From Candidatus Hydrothermarchaeales archaeon (GTDB lineage: Archaea; Hydrothermarchaeota; Hydrothermarchaeia; Hydrothermarchaeales; JAZGAD01), in assembly GCA_036444275.1 (NCBI GenBank), contig JAZGAD010000030.1, positions 1 through 17,271 of the forward strand: DNA of 17,271 bases, read 5' to 3'. Shown piece after piece: positions 14,888-17,271 of this stretch (position 1 is its first letter; every line of letters begins with the position of its first letter). Made by a program: the position numbers and the translations under genes. Below the pieces are notes generated by a model. The model saw nothing but the letters and a program-made list of their open reading frames with translations. It ran no database searches and was not told the origin of the DNA.

Positions 14888-15760
14888 GTGCCCGGATTGT
14901 TTGCGTCTCCTTTTACTTTTGCTAGGCGGGAGCTGAGCTTAAAGGATGCTAGATACGCAGTGCTTGGAATCCCCTACGACGGCAGTGAGAGCTACCGTCC
15001 TGGCTCGAGATTTGCACCTAATGCCATCAGGGAAGCCTCTAGGGAGATAGAGGACTATGATATGCAGGAGGAATTCGACTTGAGAAAGCTTGGGATATCT
15101 GACTGCGGAGATGTAGATGTATCCTTCGGCAACTACCAGGAGACATCCAGGAGGGTTCGTGTGTCGATAGAAGGGATCTTGGAGCAGGATGCAGTACCCA
15201 TTTGTTTGGGCGGAGAGCACACTATATCCCATGCAGTAGTTGGCGCCTATCCCGAAAAGCCCTTTTTTCTAGTCTTTGATGCACATTTGGATTTCCGCAA
15301 GGAATACCTAGACGAGAGGTTCTCTCATGCTTGCCTTATTAGGAGGATAGGGGAACTCATAGGCTACGAGAATATCCTCGCTATAGGTGTGAGAAGCGCG
15401 GCGGAAGAGGAACTAAAAGATGCTGAAAAACTCGGGTTAAAATTCATAGATTTCAGGGGATGCGAGGATATACCGAGGCTTATTGGACTCATAGCAGATG
15501 AGATAAGGGGCAGAGATGTCTACATGTCCCTAGACATGGATGTCTTCGATCCAAGAGAGGCGGCTGGTGTTTGCAATCCAGAGCCTGGAGGCTTCTCATA
15601 TTGGGACTTCGTCACCTGCATGGATTTCTTAAAAAAAGCGAAGATAGTCGGTTTCGACATTGTGGAGGTAACTCCGCTTTACGACAGTTATACTCCGGTA
15701 CTAGTCGCGAAGCTGATCTTCAAGATACTCACTAAGATGGAGATGGCAAGTGGTGAATAA
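14888..15760 (+). CDS. speB: Agmatinase (ureohydrolase family)
   Basis: GIPYD, YRPGSRFAPNAIR, GGEHT, DAHLD, SLDMDVFDP and DIVEV. GTG 14888 follows GGAGG; alternative start at 14852. Confidence 0.92.
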   Translation: MPGLFASPFTFARRELSLKDARYAVLGIPYDGSESYRPGSRFAPNAIREASREIEDYDMQEEFDLRKLGISDCGDVDVSFGNYQETSRRVRVSIEGILEQDAVPICLGGEHTISHAVVGAYPEKPFFLVFDAHLDFRKEYLDERFSHACLIRRIGELIGYENILAIGVRSAAEEELKDAEKLGLKFIDFRGCEDIPRLIGLIADEIRGRDVYMSLDMDVFDPREAAGVCNPEPGGFSYWDFVTCMDFLKKAKIVGFDIVEVTPLYDSYTPVLVAKLIFKILTKMEMASGE

Positions 15761-15891
15761 AGACTGGAAACGTACAGTCTCTTACGCCTACTGCCAGAAA
15801 ACATTTCTATACGCAGAGTAGAGCCCCTTGCATGCAACCTGAGCCCTAAAATAGGGTCTTGTTGCTTTTAGCTATAACGAGAAGGGGAGGA

Positions 15892-16056
15892 TTAGCCTTT
15901 AATACCTTTAACCCTTATTACGTCCCATTTGCCATCCTGCAATGCTTCCTTAAGCATTCTAAAGCGCTTCTTGGTCAGATGAAAATTAGAGGGGTCCTTC
16001 TTTTGGATGAGGATGTCGACTAGATCCGCGATATTGAAGCGCATCTGGGCTTTCAT
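15892..16056 (-). CDS. Putative small protein, 54 aa, below the ORF-track cutoff
   Basis: MKAQMRFNIADLVDILIQKKDPSNFHLTKKRFRMLKEALQDGKWDVIRVKGIKG. TATA-like TTTATCTA ~26-33 nt upstream. Occupies an otherwise empty ~430-nt gap. Confidence 0.55.
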   Translation of the reverse strand: MKAQMRFNIADLVDILIQKKDPSNFHLTKKRFRMLKEALQDGKWDVIRVKGIKG

Positions 16057-16194
16057 ATCAGTATATTCTTAGCGAGAAAAATAGATAAAAATTGAGTTAT
16101 CGCAAATGCACTTCTAGGTTAACACCTGTGTCCTTTCCCCTCATTGGAGAGCCTTTTTTTCATTTCTTCTATACTTTTAGGCTCTTGCTCACCT

Positions 16195-17271
16195 TCACTT
16201 TATTACCTCCACTTTAGTATCCTCCAGGATACCTGCGGTAAATTCAGATATCGCTAGAGATGCCTCTGCCTCTTCCACTCTTTTGCAGGTAGCCCTTGTC
16301 GCTGGATGCCTCGGCGGTCCTAGACAGCAGTTGGCTGGAGCAATAGAGGCCTCGTAGGTGTCTATCTTCTTGGCTAGGTCTATTATCTCGTTCTTATCCA
16401 TGCCTATGAGCGGGCGAAAAACTGGTAGGGAGGTTGTTGCGTCTATAACTGCTAGGTTATCGGTGGTCTGACTTGCCACTTGCCCAAGGTTCTCCCCGGT
16501 TATAAGTGCCTTCGCCCCTTCCTTTTTGGCTAGTCCCTCGCCAACACGGTACATCATGCGCTTGCACAGAATGCAGCCTAAGCTATGGTCACTCGCCTTG
16601 AGGAGCTGCAGTAGCACATTGCCGTAAGGTGCAATATAAGTCTTTATCTCTGCACCTTTCCAACCCGCTAGTTTCCTTATAGTCTCTCTAGCCCTGGCTA
16701 TTGTTCTCTCGTCTACCAGTGGACTTGGGTCCATGAATAGGGCGACAATATCCATGCCACGCTTCATCATCATCCAGGCGGCTACAGGAGAGTCTATACC
16801 GCCACTTACCAATGCTATAGCAGTGCCCTGTGTACCTAGTGGCAGGCCGCCGACACCTTGAATTACCTCATCAAAGATATAGGCGTCATCCTCTCTGACC
16901 TCGACGTAGATGGTCGTGTTAGGATTATCTAGGTCTACTCTTGCACCAGTTGCTTCAGATACAGCAGCCCCGAGGTTTGAGGCCACGTCACCGCTTCTGT
17001 ATCCCTGGTTGCCAATTCTCCTAGCTCTAACTGCGAAGGTGTTATCGTGTTTTATCCTGTTTTTAGCGTATTCTGCCCCTCTAGCTACCAGCCCCCCCAT
17101 ATCTGAAGAGGTCTTCACAGTTAGGGAGGTAGACACTACTCCGAAGACTTTGGCTATCCTCTCTGCATCTTCTCTAGAGTCTGAGTCGACGAAGATCCTG
17201 CCGAATTCCCTAGTAATATCTCGATCTACTGCACTCTTTATATTCCGCACGAGCTGGCCTTCTATCCTGCG
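16195..17271 (-). CDS. thiI: tRNA 4-thiouridine synthase ThiI (THUMP plus PP-loop, no rhodanese domain); 5' end outside window
   Basis: Frame is open to the window end (RRIEGQLVRNIK). Motifs GVGGLPLGTQG, SGGIDSPVA, CILCKRMM, TGENLGQVASQT, RPLIGMDK and NCC. Confidence 0.95.
   Translation of the reverse strand, partial: RRIEGQLVRNIKSAVDRDITREFGRIFVDSDSREDAERIAKVFGVVSTSLTVKTSSDMGGLVARGAEYAKNRIKHDNTFAVRARRIGNQGYRSGDVASNLGAAVSEATGARVDLDNPNTTIYVEVREDDAYIFDEVIQGVGGLPLGTQGTAIALVSGGIDSPVAAWMMMKRGMDIVALFMDPSPLVDERTIARARETIRKLAGWKGAEIKTYIAPYGNVLLQLLKASDHSLGCILCKRMMYRVGEGLAKKEGAKALITGENLGQVASQTTDNLAVIDATTSLPVFRPLIGMDKNEIIDLAKKIDTYEASIAPANCCLGPPRHPATRATCKRVEEAEASLAISEFTAGILEDTKVEVIK

Noticed and set aside
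1318-15232. Numerous short overlapping ORFs in the track (e.g. 1318-1512, 3051-3284, 3588-3872, 4191-4430, 8939-9262, 9356-9751, 11808-12395, 14423-14689)
   Set aside because: They are antisense or alternate-frame shadows of well-supported genes and have no recognisable motifs.
15778-15891. Possible ncRNA (small hairpin CCCTAAAATAGGG) between speB and the small ORF
   Set aside because: Only a short stem, with no SRP, RNase P or C/D-box features recognised. More likely a convergent termination region.

Overview
This window is almost certainly a chimera. Bases 1-~478 are bacterial (3' end of tatC, then the 5' half of rsfS) and join archaeal DNA at a GATC (475-478) that breaks a gene on each side. 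The archaeal part has two sections. The first (~479-9630) is an unusual cluster. It holds two divergent tubulin/FtsZ/CetZ-superfamily GTPases (one with a eukaryote-tubulin-like GAGNNW loop, one CetZ-like with an acidic tail) and a membrane-anchored coiled-coil protein. It also holds two paralogous exported single-pass membrane proteins with a shared cytoplasmic tail motif, linked to one GTPase by a centred palindromic TATA box, and a large Ig/beta-propeller transmembrane protein. I infer a candidate trans-envelope cytoskeletal system. The second section (9675-17271) is archaeal housekeeping: tandem tRNA-Gln (UUG, CUG), DGGGP synthase, a metallophosphoesterase, an ACT-like/RpiA-like/hxlB/moaD/moaE run, aIF5A plus agmatinase, two small ORFs and a 5'-truncated thiI. 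All calls come from motif recognition by eye; no searches were run.
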